A DNA stretch of 43,357 nt, from NCBI GenBank assembly GCA_052168235.1, contig JBQLZK010000063.1:1-43357 (forward strand). The letters are read 5' to 3'. This document shows, piece by piece, positions 1-11,400 of this stretch (position 1 is the stretch's first letter; the number at the start of each line of letters is the position of its first letter). The position numbers were made by a program, and so were the translations under genes. The notes beneath the pieces are model-generated. The model searched no databases, was not told the origin of the DNA, and saw only the letters and a list, made by a program, of their open reading frames with translations. Origin of the DNA: Thainema sp. Its GTDB lineage: Bacteria > Cyanobacteriota > Cyanobacteriia > Phormidesmidales > Phormidesmidaceae.

Positions 1-3000
1 GGCAGGGGAAGAGGGGGAGAGGGGGGGAGTAGGGGAGTGAGAGGGTGGATGGGTGGATGGGTGGATGGGTGGATGGATAGGTGGGTTAATGGCAGAATTG
101 GGTTGGGTGGGGGAGGGGAGGAGTTCAGCGATGCAGGCGTAGTCCATTTGCAGGGCTTTGGTGAGGTAGCGCACGAGGGACTGGAAGAAGGCTGATCCGG
201 TTTCGGTGGAGACGCCTTTGGCAATGTTGCGCAGAATTTCTTCGGCCCGTCGCCGTTCGGTGACATCACGCCCGACGGACTGAATTTCGATCACCTGTCC
301 GGTTTCATCCACAATAATGCGATCGCTCCACTGATGCCAGCGGACTCGACCATCCGGCATCAGGACTCGATGCTCAATTGTGGCTACAGGCTGCTCTGGC
401 CCGAGGGTTGCGATATGCTGCTGCACCGTTTGCCATTCGCTGGCAGGCAGAATATGCAGAAAGCTCTTGCCTAACAAAGCTTCTCTAGGCTGACCAAAGT
501 AGCGACAGTAGGCATCGTTGACAAAGGTGAGTTTGCCGTTCAGGTTAAAGCGGCTAATTAGCTCAGTCTGGTCTTCCACAATGCCCCGATAGCGCGCTTC
601 GCTTTCCCGTAGCGCCTGTTCAGCCAGTTTCTGCTGGGTGATGTCCGTATGGGAGCCGACCATCCGTACAGGTTGCCCCGCTGCATCCCACTGGGCTTGA
701 CCTCGATCCAGAATCCAGCGGTAGGAGCCATCCTTACAGCGCATGCGGTATTCGGCAATAAAAAACGGCGTGCGCTGCTGGAAGTGATTCTCGATGAGAT
801 GCTTGACCCGTTGGCGATCCAGAGGATGCACTCGGCTGCGCCATTCCTCGATCCGGTTAGACAAATCCTGTTCTTCGTAGCCCAGCATAGTTGCCCAGCG
901 CGTCGAGTAAAACACCTTATTGGTCACTAAGTTCCAGTCCCAAATGCCGTCGTTGTTACCTCGCAGCGCCAGTTGCCAGCGCTCTTCGCTCTCCCGCAGC
1001 GCCTGCTCCATCTGTTTGCGATCGCGAATGTCCCGAATAATCGTCGAGAAAATATCAATCTTACCCTCAGCATTGGTATGACTAACAATCGTTTGAGAAA
1101 CCGGAATCTCTTCGCCATGCTGGTTGCGTAACGCAATTTCGCCCGACCACTTGCCCTGTTGCCGAGCCGTTGGTAAACCTTGATTGATGACGATTTCAGC
1201 CGCCCAGTCAGGACAGTAATCCGGCACCATCACCGTCGAGATCTCGACCATTTCATCAAATCCCATGATCTCGCGTCCGGCCCGATTGAGATACAGGGTG
1301 CGACCTTGGGCATCCGACATGCCGATAAAGTCTGCCGCCGCTTCCATCACGTCTACCAGTCGTCGCTGGGAGGCTTCTGACTGCTTGCGTTCGGTAATAT
1401 CGCTGCCAATGCCTAAGAAGCCTGCAATATTGCCCTGCTCATCCCACAGCGCCGTGACGGAGAGCAGCACCGGAAAGCGAGAGCCATCTTTGCGAATGTA
1501 CGTCCATTCCCGCTCTTCAACCTGTTCCAGCGTCGCCTTAGCCACAAACACGTCGAAACCCGGTTGGATCGGGTAGCCCAGTTCCTGCGACAGTTCAGCC
1601 GCTCGCTGCTCCACTTCTGCCCGATCATGAAGAATTTCCGGCGTCATCTGTCCCACAACTTCGGCGGCTTGATAGCCCAACATCCGCTCCGCCGCTGCGT
1701 TAAACGTCAGAATCATGCCCTGGACATCGGTGGAAATGATCGTGTAATTGGCGCTATCCAAAATTGCTCGCTGTAAGCGCGAGGTCGCCAGCAATTCAGT
1801 TTCCGCCTGCTTGCGCTGCGTAACGTCCTGAAAATAAACCGACAGCCCTTCCTCGGAGGGATAGGCATGGACGGAAAACCAAGACTGGAGCGGCGGATAA
1901 TATTCCTCAAAGATGACGCTGGTTTTCTCCTGCAGCGCCCGCTGGTATTCGTCGTAGAACTTAAGGCCCATAGCGGCTTCAAACTCTGTCCAAATTTGCT
2001 GACCGATTAAGTCTTCCCGCCGCCGCTGGAGCAGCACCTCAGCCTGTGAGTTGACATAGGTGAAGCGCCAGTCCCGATCCAGTGCAATGAAGCCGTCGGT
2101 AATACTTTCAAGAATACTCAAGATTCGCTCATGGGCTGCTTCTGAAGCACTGCGTGCCTGCTGTTCCCGCTGGAGCAGTTCCAATTTGGTTTGCTCAATT
2201 TGCTTTTGGGCTGTCACATCGCGTCCGACGCCATAAATTAGCCCCTTTTCCTGTATGGGATAGGCTGTCCAAGCAATCCAGCAGTAATGGCCTTTTTTAT
2301 GCCGATAGCGGTTTTCAAAATAAATCGTGGGAACACCCTGACCAAGGGCTTGCACCTCTTGAATCGTGGCGTCAATATCCTCTGGATGAACAAAGTCCAA
2401 AAACGGCTGATTGAGTAATTCACCGTCGCTATAGCCGAGAATTTGCTCAAAAGCCGGATTAATCCGTTTGAAATAGCCATCCGTTGATGAAATGCACATG
2501 ATATCGAGGGATAGCTCAAATAGCCGATCGCGTTCGGCTTCGACCTGCTTCAGATCGCTGACATCCATCATGCCGCCCATCATGCGCAATGCTTGGCCTT
2601 GCTCATTCCGCACAATGAAGCTCCGATCCACCACATTGGCGTAGCTGCCGTCTGCACAGCGATAGCGATATTCAGCCTGCCAGTGGTTAGTTTCTCGATG
2701 TGCGATCGCAGTTTGGATTTGAGCCTTCACCCGTTCTCGATCCTCCGGATGAATCTGGGCATACCACCAAGCTGAGGTCTGATCGACTTGTTCTACCTCA
2801 TAGCCAAACAGCGTCTGTAAGCCTTCGTTCCACCACACTCGATTGGTCGTTAAATCCCAATCCCAAACGGCATCATTGGTCGCTTGTGCAATCAGATAAA
2901 ACCGCTGCTCGCTGGCTCTCAGGGACAGCTCGGCCTGCTCGCGATCCACAATTTCCTGCTGCAAATCATGGTTGGAAACGGCTAATGCTGCCGTGCGCTC

Positions 3001-3696
3001 AGCCACCCGCTGTTCAAGCTGCTGATTCAGCCGATGGAGCAGCAGTTCTGCTTGCTGCTGGGTATGAACTTGATCTTCCAGATTTTGATTGGTGGCAGAG
3101 AGCTGCGACACATAGTGCAAAATTTCCTGCTCTAGCGTTTGCCGCGTTTCCTGCACCGCCGACATCGCTGCCCTGAGCTGCGCTGTCTGAGCCGTCAAAT
3201 TGACCAGTGTGCGCCGCAGTTCCAGTTGCGACATGACCTGACGGCTGAGCCGCTGGAGTGCGTCAATTTGCATTTGAGACAGCGATCGCACTTTTTGATC
3301 AATTACACAGAGCGTCCCCAGCCGCTGCCCTTCCGGCGTAATCAGCGGTGCTCCGGCATAAAACCGGATATAGGGCGCATCCGTCACCAGCCGATTATGG
3401 ACAAACCGTTCATCGTCCAGCGTGTTGGCCACGATCAGCACATCAGATTGCTGAATCGCGTGGGCACAAAATGCCAGTTCGCGCGGCGTTTCACACACAT
3501 CAATGCCGACTTTTGACTTGAACCACTGCCGCGTTTCGTCCACCAAGCTGATCAGTGCGATCGGCACGTCACAAATTTGCGCTGCCAGTTGGGTTAAATC
3601 GTCCAAAATTGGCTCTGGCTCGGTATCGAGAATCTGATACTGAGCCAAAATTTCTAACCGTAAGGCTTCCAAATCAGGTGTTGCGTCATTGGGCAT
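1..3696 (-). CDS. Multi-sensor signalling protein (GAF + about 7 PAS/PAC + second GAF), probably a histidine kinase; 3' end lies outside the window
   Basis: Segments translated by hand from the ATG at 3696 all lie in one frame. They give MPNDATPDLEALRLEILAQYQILDTEPEPILDDLTQLAAQICDVPIALISLVDETRQWFKS (GAF), repeated PAS starts (ATNDAVWDWD, ILESITDGFIALDRDWRFTYVN, GNNDGIWDWN, IVEDQTELISRF) and then KGVSTETGSAFFQSLVRYL (GAF). The frame is open at position 1, which explains its absence from the ORF track. The output domain is not visible. Confidence 0.88.
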   Translation of the reverse strand, partial: MPNDATPDLEALRLEILAQYQILDTEPEPILDDLTQLAAQICDVPIALISLVDETRQWFKSKVGIDVCETPRELAFCAHAIQQSDVLIVANTLDDERFVHNRLVTDAPYIRFYAGAPLITPEGQRLGTLCVIDQKVRSLSQMQIDALQRLSRQVMSQLELRRTLVNLTAQTAQLRAAMSAVQETRQTLEQEILHYVSQLSATNQNLEDQVHTQQQAELLLHRLNQQLEQRVAERTAALAVSNHDLQQEIVDREQAELSLRASEQRFYLIAQATNDAVWDWDLTTNRVWWNEGLQTLFGYEVEQVDQTSAWWYAQIHPEDRERVKAQIQTAIAHRETNHWQAEYRYRCADGSYANVVDRSFIVRNEQGQALRMMGGMMDVSDLKQVEAERDRLFELSLDIMCISSTDGYFKRINPAFEQILGYSDGELLNQPFLDFVHPEDIDATIQEVQALGQGVPTIYFENRYRHKKGHYCWIAWTAYPIQEKGLIYGVGRDVTAQKQIEQTKLELLQREQQARSASEAAHERILSILESITDGFIALDRDWRFTYVNSQAEVLLQRRREDLIGQQIWTEFEAAMGLKFYDEYQRALQEKTSVIFEEYYPPLQSWFSVHAYPSEEGLSVYFQDVTQRKQAETELLATSRLQRAILDSANYTIISTDVQGMILTFNAAAERMLGYQAAEVVGQMTPEILHDRAEVEQRAAELSQELGYPIQPGFDVFVAKATLEQVEEREWTYIRKDGSRFPVLLSVTALWDEQGNIAGFLGIGSDITERKQSEASQRRLVDVMEAAADFIGMSDAQGRTLYLNRAGREIMGFDEMVEISTVMVPDYCPDWAAEIVINQGLPTARQQGKWSGEIALRNQHGEEIPVSQTIVSHTNAEGKIDIFSTIIRDIRDRKQMEQALRESEERWQLALRGNNDGIWDWNLVTNKVFYSTRWATMLGYEEQDLSNRIEEWRSRVHPLDRQRVKHLIENHFQQRTPFFIAEYRMRCKDGSYRWILDRGQAQWDAAGQPVRMVGSHTDITQQKLAEQALRESEARYRGIVEDQTELISRFNLNGKLTFVNDAYCRYFGQPREALLGKSFLHILPASEWQTVQQHIATLGPEQPVATIEHRVLMPDGRVRWHQWSDRIIVDETGQVIEIQSVGRDVTERRRAEEILRNIAKGVSTETGSAFFQSLVRYLTKALQMDYACIAELLPSPTQPNSAINPPIHPPIHPSTHPPSHSPTPPLSPSSPA
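43..86. repeat. Short tandem octamer repeat (GGGTGGAT)n inside the sensor CDS
   Basis: Consecutive GGGTGGAT copies within a G-rich tract at 1-120. Related degenerate copies lie on the opposite strand at about 4970-5024. Confidence 0.85.
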
Positions 3697-3733
3697 AGCA
3701 AGAGTTAATCAAAATCAAGATGTAAAAAGAGCC

Positions 3734-3805
3734 GTAGGATGGGCAATACCCATCAACATTGCAAACCTAATCAGGTAGATGTAGGGTGAGCATTGCCAGT
3801 TCTAC
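3734..3805. repeat. Degenerate GTAG-type REP/REPIN-like element
   Basis: Begins GTAGGATGGGCAATACCCATC (hairpin) and ends GCATTGCCAGTTCTAC. Confidence 0.55.
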
Positions 3806-3970
3806 AAAAAATGCAGCAGCGTATTCAGGTATGCGATTTGGGGCTTGATTCAATATCGTAAATGCAGTTTCAAATTGTCCTTTGATAAAGTCTATGTCTC
3901 AGGATAGGATGAACCGTTGGCGAGATCGGGCCTCTCTTAAGCTTGGATTAATAAATGGAGCTGAATCATC

Positions 3971-4966
3971 ATGCCGACTTCACGGTGGACGCGCCACCAC
4001 GTCATTTCGTTACAAGACTTTACGACCGCTGAGTACGACACGGTTTTGCAAACCGCAATGGGTTTCCGCGAAGTGCTATCCAGCCGCACCAAAAAAGTGC
4101 CAGCCCTTCAGGGGAGCGTCGTCACCAATTTGTTTTTTGAACCCTCCACTCGTACCCGCAGCAGTTTTGAACTGGCGGCCAAGCGGCTCTCGGCAGATAC
4201 GCTCAACTTTGCGCCCGGTTCCTCTTCGCTGACCAAAGGCGAGACCATTCTCGATACGGCCAAAACCTATCTAGCGATGGGCACTAATCTGATGGTAATC
4301 CGCCATCGTGAAGCTGGAGTGCCAACTGAGATCGCACAGGAAATGGATCGCTTAAAAACGGGCGTCGGCGTCTTGAACGCGGGCGACGGGCAGCATGAGC
4401 ATCCCTCCCAAGCTCTGCTGGATTTGTTTACCATCTGTCGCAGCCTTGACCCCGATCAGCCCCGGATTGAGCTGCTGGCCAATAAGAAAATTGCCATCGT
4501 GGGCGATATTCTCCATTCTCGCGTAGCCCGCTCTAATTTGTGGAGTCTAACCGCCAGCGGCGCAGATGTTCATTTAGCCGCTCCCCCAACCCTGCTGCCG
4601 AAGCTGTTTCAGGTCTATGGCGAAAACCGTCCGGGTAATCTCACCCTTCACTGGCAGTTGGAGCCTGCCCTGAAAGATGCCGATTTTGTCATGACCCTGC
4701 GCCTGCAAAAAGAGCGCATGACCCAGCATCTGCTGCCCAGCCTGCGCGACTATCATCAGCAGTTTGGCATCACCCGCGATCGCATTCGCCACTGCCATCC
4801 CAATGTCAAAATCCTCCACCCCGGCCCCACCAATCGCGGCGTTGAAATTACCTCTGATGTAATGGACGACCCCTCCCTCAGCCTAATCTCCGAACAAGTC
4901 ACCAGCGGCGTCGCCATCCGCATGGCCCTCCTCTACCTGATGGGCGTCAGCAAAGACGAAGCATAA
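3971..4966 (+). CDS. pyrB: Aspartate carbamoyltransferase catalytic subunit
   Basis: Motifs [27 protein letters not shown] and HPGP. Confidence 0.97.
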   Translation: MPTSRWTRHHVISLQDFTTAEYDTVLQTAMGFREVLSSRTKKVPALQGSVVTNLFFEPSTRTRSSFELAAKRLSADTLNFAPGSSSLTKGETILDTAKTYLAMGTNLMVIRHREAGVPTEIAQEMDRLKTGVGVLNAGDGQHEHPSQALLDLFTICRSLDPDQPRIELLANKKIAIVGDILHSRVARSNLWSLTASGADVHLAAPPTLLPKLFQVYGENRPGNLTLHWQLEPALKDADFVMTLRLQKERMTQHLLPSLRDYHQQFGITRDRIRHCHPNVKILHPGPTNRGVEITSDVMDDPSLSLISEQVTSGVAIRMALLYLMGVSKDEA

Positions 4967-5024
4967 TTCCTACCCATCCACCCGCCTACTCATCCACCCA
5001 TCTACCCGCTCACACCCTCTACCC

Positions 5025-5507
5025 ATGACCTTCACGCTCAACCCCACCCCCCAATCCACCCATCCCAACGATAGTTTTGCGATCGCATTTGCCCCACTGG
5101 ACTTAAACCAGGTGTATCAGCTGGCCGATGATCCCGCCAATGGTGCAGTCGTGATCATGAGCGGCACGGTACGCAATCAGACAGACGGCAAGCCCGTAGT
5201 CGCGCTGGAATATCAGGCCTACGAACCGATGGCGCTGCAAATTTTTCAGCAAATCGCTGCCGAAATCCGCCGCCAGTGGCCGGATGCCACCCGCGTGGTG
5301 ATTCATCACCGCACTGGCAAGCTACAGATCGGCGAAATCAGCGTTCTGGTTGCGGTCGGTTGTCCCCATCGCAGCGAGGCATTTGCAGCCTGTAAATTCG
5401 CCATTGATACGCTGAAGCACAATGCCCCGATTTGGAAAAAAGAACACTGGGCCGATGGTTCAACCTCTTGGGTGAGTATTGGGGCCTGTGAACAAGAGGA
5501 TGAGTAA
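5025..5507 (+). CDS. moaE: Molybdopterin synthase catalytic subunit
   Basis: Motifs GTVRN, LEYQAYEPMA, HRTGKL and LKHNAPIWKKE. Confidence 0.95.
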   Translation: MTFTLNPTPQSTHPNDSFAIAFAPLDLNQVYQLADDPANGAVVIMSGTVRNQTDGKPVVALEYQAYEPMALQIFQQIAAEIRRQWPDATRVVIHHRTGKLQIGEISVLVAVGCPHRSEAFAACKFAIDTLKHNAPIWKKEHWADGSTSWVSIGACEQEDE

Positions 5508-5616
5508 ATTCTGGCAGAACTGGTGAAAGTTTCCCAGGAATTGGGCAAACTGAAAACTGAAGCAGGTGGAAACACGGATGTGTTATTCCGCTTCAGTTAT
5601 GCCCCCAGGAGCCACC

Positions 5617-8454
5617 ATGCCAACCGTCTTCGTCCATCCCCACCCCTGTGCCTGGGTACGAAGCCAACTCTCTGATTTTGCCCTTCTGCGATCGCAAATC
5701 CCATCTCAGCAGCCCTATCAGGTAATCACGCCTAATCGGCTGACGGCTCGTACATTGGGCGTCCAGAAGCGAACGCTGGCCGATTTAGCGCTTCAGGTTC
5801 TTGCTGATCATCAGGTGCAGTTGGTGCCCCGCTTAAACGACCAGCGGCTGATGCGGGCAGCGATTCAGCAGACGGTGAATCCGACAGATTTAGATGGAAC
5901 AACTCGCGCCTGGTTGCCGACGATCAATTCGCTGCTAGCGGCTGGAGTAGGCAAGAAAAATACGTTTCAGGCTCCACCCAGTTCGCTCTCAATCCGGACT
6001 CAGCAGCTATTGCAGGTGGCACAAACCTATCAGCAACTCTTGCAGGAAAGGGGCTGGATCGATTTCAATCAGCTTTTGCATCATGCGGCACAGTTACAGA
6101 CAGAACCGTTGCCGCTATTGATTTACGGCTATTTTCAGCCCACAGCCGACGAGCTGAAATTGATAACTGAGATCGCAGATCCGGCTAGCATCATGGTGTT
6201 GCCCAGTACCGAGCATCCTGACTTTGCCGACGTGCAACAGGCGATTCAGCAGCTAGAGGCCAATGGCTGGCAAATTGAGTCAAGTGCAACCCTCAACTCG
6301 TCTACTCAACTATCAGCTAGTATCGGCGAAAGCTTATCGGATCAGTTTTTGGGGCAAGTTACTGCCAGTTCAGAGACCGATTTACCCGCAGTCTACGCGT
6401 ATGAAAATTTAGAGCAGGAAGTGCGGGGCACGCTGGCCCAGGTGAAGCAGCTTTTGCTCAGCAAGGTTCCAGTGCGAGAGATTGGTATTATCGCCAGAGA
6501 TGAAGCAGCCTACGGTGAAAAGCTGCTAGATATAGCCTGGGAATATGACGTGCCACTACGAGTGCTGTACGATATCCCGCTCAGTGCAAGCCGTTTGGGT
6601 GGTTGGCTGCTACTGCTACTGGATGTGATAGAACAGAGATTTCCGTTTGAGCCAACAGCAATGCTGCTGAGCCATCCGCTGTGCAGCAATCCCAGTGCTG
6701 AATTTTGGAGCAATGTGCGATCGCAGCGTCCCAGTAGTTTTCCAAGCTGGAATCAAGTCAGCCAGGAGAGCTTAGGCATTGACTTATCGGAGTTGAAGAC
6801 GCTACCGTCTCGCGCCAGTCGTGACCGATGGGTACAGCGTTTTCAAAACTTGCTGAAACTGTTTGACCTGCGCAAACGCTGTACTCGTTGGCCACGGGAG
6901 AGTTTGGCGTTCAACAAGCTGGACAAAGCATTGATTGCGCTGACAAAAATGGAGCCTGAGTCGCTCTCCCGCACCGAATTCTTCCAGGAGCTACGCGAAC
7001 TGATGGCAATGCTCCAGGTGTCTGTGCATCCGCGCAACGGTGGGGTTGAACTGCACAAGCCATCTTCCGTGATCGGTGCTCGCTACCGCTATCTGTTTGT
7101 AATTGGTATGGCCGAGGGCATGTTACCCGCACCTGTTCAAAACGATTGCGTGCTGGACTTCTTCGAGCGTAAGCAACTGCAAATAGTGGACGTATCTTTA
7201 CCGTCAGCAAGTGCTTTGGCGCGACAGGAAGCGCTCGCGTTTTATCACCTGCTGCAAACCGTGACGGAGCAGATCGTATTCTCGTACGCCAAGCTGAATG
7301 GGAAAGAGGAGCAGCTACCTAGCCCATATTTGGATCGTTTGGGGTTAAAGATAACCTCGCCTCCAATGCCAATTGCCAGTTTGGAAGAACGGCGTCAGGC
7401 GTTGCTGCTCAGTGAGTTGGCGATGACGAACACCATGATTGATGGGACTGACGATCATGATCCGGTGCTAGCTTATGCCCGCCATGCTTGGCAGATTGAG
7501 CAACAGCGGGAAAGCGATGTCGCTCCGAATGAATATGATGGTGTAACAGGTATCTCACTCGGTACGGCAGAAGATAACTGGGGCGATCGCACATTCAGCG
7601 TGTCGCAACTGACGAAGCTGGGACTTTGCCCATTTAGCTGGTTTGCCGATAAGGTGCTGAAACTGGGTGAGCTAGACGAAACTGAGGATGAGCTAAGCCC
7701 TAGCTTACAAGGTAGTTTGTACCACAAGACCTTGGAAATCCTGTTCAAAAACGCCAACTCAGATCGAGACCAGATCTCTAGTTCAGAGGCTCTGAGAGCA
7801 GCGTTTTTGGAGGCTGAACAACAGCTTCAAGCACCCGATTTCCCGGCCTGGGACGTACAAAGAGATGAACATCTGAAGCAGCTCCAGCTTACGATTCAGC
7901 AAGCCAGCTTTTATCCCGAAGATGCAACTGCGATCGCATTTGAGCAAAAGTTTAACGGCAATTGGCAGGGCTTCAGGATTACGGGGCAAATTGACCGCAT
8001 CGATCAGACAGACGATGGCTTGGTGCTGATTGACTACAAAACCAGTTCCAGCCCACCTAAAGGCGTCAAGAATGCTGAAGGCAAAGCAGATGTTGACTTG
8101 CAGCTCCCTATCTATCGAGAAGCTGCTGCACCCGAACTCTATCCTGATGCGTCCGTCACGGATGCTTACTACTATTCTCTGATCAAGGGGCAGAAGCTAA
8201 GCAAGAAACAGCCAACGGAAGCGGATTTAGCCCAGGTTGCTAATCGCTGCCAGCAGCATCTAGAACAGGGGCATTTTCCAGTCATGCCGGACAGCCCAGA
8301 AAAATCAGCAGACGACCGCCAAGCCTGTAAATACTGCGACTTTGACCTCGTGTGTCGTCAAGGCAATCGTCTCCGCCGCAAAACCATTGCCCAAGCCCAG
8401 CCGCAGTTAGCAGATACGGCCACAACGGTTACATCCGAGGAGCAAGCATCATGA
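5617..8454 (+). CDS. AddB/RexB-like subunit: degenerate helicase-like region + C-terminal PD-(D/E)XK nuclease with four-Cys motif
   Basis: No Walker A motif. Contains LFVIGMAEG, PSPYL, SVSQL..LGLCPF, FEQKF, GQIDRID, LIDYKT, QLPIY and CKYCDFDLVC. The ATG at 5617 follows AGGAG and is preferred to the 5566 start in the track. Confidence 0.88.
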   Translation: MPTVFVHPHPCAWVRSQLSDFALLRSQIPSQQPYQVITPNRLTARTLGVQKRTLADLALQVLADHQVQLVPRLNDQRLMRAAIQQTVNPTDLDGTTRAWLPTINSLLAAGVGKKNTFQAPPSSLSIRTQQLLQVAQTYQQLLQERGWIDFNQLLHHAAQLQTEPLPLLIYGYFQPTADELKLITEIADPASIMVLPSTEHPDFADVQQAIQQLEANGWQIESSATLNSSTQLSASIGESLSDQFLGQVTASSETDLPAVYAYENLEQEVRGTLAQVKQLLLSKVPVREIGIIARDEAAYGEKLLDIAWEYDVPLRVLYDIPLSASRLGGWLLLLLDVIEQRFPFEPTAMLLSHPLCSNPSAEFWSNVRSQRPSSFPSWNQVSQESLGIDLSELKTLPSRASRDRWVQRFQNLLKLFDLRKRCTRWPRESLAFNKLDKALIALTKMEPESLSRTEFFQELRELMAMLQVSVHPRNGGVELHKPSSVIGARYRYLFVIGMAEGMLPAPVQNDCVLDFFERKQLQIVDVSLPSASALARQEALAFYHLLQTVTEQIVFSYAKLNGKEEQLPSPYLDRLGLKITSPPMPIASLEERRQALLLSELAMTNTMIDGTDDHDPVLAYARHAWQIEQQRESDVAPNEYDGVTGISLGTAEDNWGDRTFSVSQLTKLGLCPFSWFADKVLKLGELDETEDELSPSLQGSLYHKTLEILFKNANSDRDQISSSEALRAAFLEAEQQLQAPDFPAWDVQRDEHLKQLQLTIQQASFYPEDATAIAFEQKFNGNWQGFRITGQIDRIDQTDDGLVLIDYKTSSSPPKGVKNAEGKADVDLQLPIYREAAAPELYPDASVTDAYYYSLIKGQKLSKKQPTEADLAQVANRCQQHLEQGHFPVMPDSPEKSADDRQACKYCDFDLVCRQGNRLRRKTIAQAQPQLADTATTVTSEEQAS

Positions 8455-11400
8455 AATTACAAACTCAATCCGTTACCTGGATAAACTCTGAACTGACCGA
8501 TCAGCAGCAGGCCGCAGCCTATGCCAGCCATAGCATTGCCGTCACGGCTGGAGCGGGTACGGGTAAGACTCACATGCTAGCCGAGCGCTATTTTCATCAC
8601 CTGATGTCCGGCCATTCGCCGCTGGAAATTGTTGCACTGACGTTTACCAATAAAGCCGCTGCTGAACTGCGATCGCGCATTCGCAAAACCATCCGCGATC
8701 GCACAACTAATTCAGCCATAGCCAATCAGTTAAAAGCCGATGGCACCAATGCATTCGAGATCTTAGCGGAACTAGAAGCCGCTCAAATCAGCACGTTTCA
8801 CGCGCTGGCCGAACGCATCTGTCGTGAACATCCTGAGGTGGCAGGTGTTCCGGCTGATTTTACGGTGCTGGATGAGCTAGAGGGCAGAATCTGGCAGGAT
8901 CAGGTGCTACTAGATGCGATCGCACATTTGCCGATTCACCTCTATGAAACAGTGCCCTATTCGCTGATGCAGTCAGCTATACAAGCGTTCATGAGCGACC
9001 CACTAACCGCAGAGGAGGCACTGGGCAAAGGTCGAGACGATTGGTTTCCTGTGGTTCAACAGTTGAGGCAGAATGCCCTGGATCAGTTAGTCAATCACGA
9101 ACAGTGGTTATCAGCCGCAGATGTGCTGCATGTTTATGCAGCTCCCGGTGACAAGCTTGATGCCATGCGAGAGAAAGCATTAGAGGCAATGGCTAGCCTA
9201 GAGCAGGGACATAATGTGGCTGAATCATTGGTCGCAATGGCAGCGCTCAAAATCAACTGTGGTGCTCAGAAGAACTGGGGCGGCAAGGAAACGCTGGATC
9301 TCGTTAAGCAGGCGATTAGAGAACTCAGAGATGATGTGGTCAAGCCTGTTCAGGAAGATGGCTTGATCACATTAGAGCCAAACCTTTGGGATGACCAGAC
9401 GGAGGCGATTCTGCCAGTGCTGCGGGAAGGATTTGAGCAAGTGCGATCGCACTTGGATCAAGCCAAACGTCAGCAGCGGGTGTTGAACTTTAATGACCTA
9501 GAAATTCATGCCCTCAGAGCGCTGGAAAGTGAGGCGATACGGGACTATTATGCCCAGCGCTGGCAGGTTTACTTAATCGACGAGTTTCAGGATACGAACC
9601 CGATTCAGGGACGGCTGCTGAATCTGCTAACTGATGGCAAGCTGCGAACAATTGTGGGTGATGTGAAGCAGTCTATCTACGGCTTTCGGCGAGCGGATGT
9701 CAGAGTGTTTCAGCACTGGTGTGAGCAGATCTCGCAGGACGTGAATCAGCAGGATGAGCTATTAAATAGCGATGTTAAATTGAATAACCACAAGCGTTCT
9801 GGACATGATCCGGCGGTTCAATCCTTGAGCCTGAGTTTTCGGACTCACCATGCCCTAGTGCAAAATATTAATACTGTGTTTCAGCCGATTCTGGCCGATT
9901 TACATCAGCCTTTGGCTGCTCATCGGCAGGCAGAACCTCATGCGGCTCCGCATTTGCAGGTTTATGCTGTTCAGCCTCCAGACGAAGTTAAGCCCAGCCT
10001 TGACGAGCGGCGGCGAGCGGAAGGCCAGCATATCGCCAACTTGATCAAAGGCTGGATTAGTGACGGCATCCAGGTTCATGACAAAGAAATGAAGCAGCTT
10101 CGACCGATCACCTACGGCGATATCGCCATCCTGGCGCGGACGTGGTCATCGCTAGAGCTGTACGGGGAAGTACTAGAAAGCCAAGGAATTCCGATGTTGC
10201 AAGCCGGAGGCGGTAATCTGCTGGATACCCGTGAGGCAAAGGATGCCTGGGCGATGCTGCGCTTTCTGACAAATCCCGCTGATGATTTGGCTCTAGTGGC
10301 TGTGCTGCGCAGTCCGTTTTTTGCAATTAGCGATCGCACATTGCAGCGCTTAGCTCAGACTCTGCCAGAGAAAACAGCTTGGTGGCAGCATCTCAAGGCA
10401 AATCAGGTGAACCATTCAGAACTTAATCATCCCGTTCAAACGCTGCAAACGTTGCTAAAAGAGCGGCGCAGTGACCCACCTGCGCGCCTACTGCAACGAG
10501 CTGATCGACTGACGGGCTATACGGCTGCGATCGCACATTTGCCCAATGCTCGGCGGCGCGAGGCAGACTGGCGCGGCTTCTTAGATTTTGTCAAAGCCCA
10601 GGAGCAGGGACGATTCGACGGTTTGAGCATCGTCAGAACGCTGCGGCGATTAATAGCGGCAGAGGTCAGCATTCCTCGTCCGCCGCTGGAAGCAGGCAAC
10701 GCAGTGAGCTTGATGACGATTCACGCCGCAAAGGGGCTAGAGTGGCCCATTGTCATCGTGCCGGATTTGAGCCGGAAAGAGTCATCTAGTTATCCGACTG
10801 TGCGATTTGATGCCGACTTGGGCGTGGCCCTCAAGCTACAGGATGAGCAGGGCGAAACGCAGAAATCGGCGCTTTATACGCTCCTGGAGCAGCAGCAAAA
10901 GCAGGCTGACGAGGCAGAAGCGAAGCGTTTGCTTTATGTGGCGCTGACGCGAAGCCGCGATCGCATTGTGTTGACGACGCCAGAGGAGAATCAGGGGCTA
11001 TTTAAGGTTCTGCAAGCGGGTTTAGGTGGACCAACTGATATTCAGCCGATCCCGTTTGATCCAGCACTGGCCTATTCTTCAGCCCATGACTTGCAAGTTG
11101 ATATCAATGAGCTATCACCAGTGCCGCCGCCAGCGGTTTTGACACAATCCTGTGGCTCCGGCCTGTCAGAATTGCCAGTTACAGCGCTAACCGACTATGC
11201 ACTGTGCCCCAAGCGCTTTGAGTACCGCCATATTGAAAATCACATCGGCTACTACGAGCTGGAAGATTACAGTGGTGAGCCGCCTGAGCTAGATGACGGC
11301 TTGAATGATGAACTTGAGGGCGCTATCCCGTTCGTCAGTGGGACGACGATTGGCACGTTAACCCATCTGGCGCTTCAGCATGGCATTCAAGATGCTGAAA

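Noticed and set aside
558..3516. Short ORFs listed on both strands
   Set aside because: They are shadows of the long minus-strand GAF/PAS sensor.
7590..8370. Cas4 gene
   Set aside because: The four-Cys PD-(D/E)XK domain is the C-terminus of an AddB-like protein, with no cas1/cas2 or array nearby.
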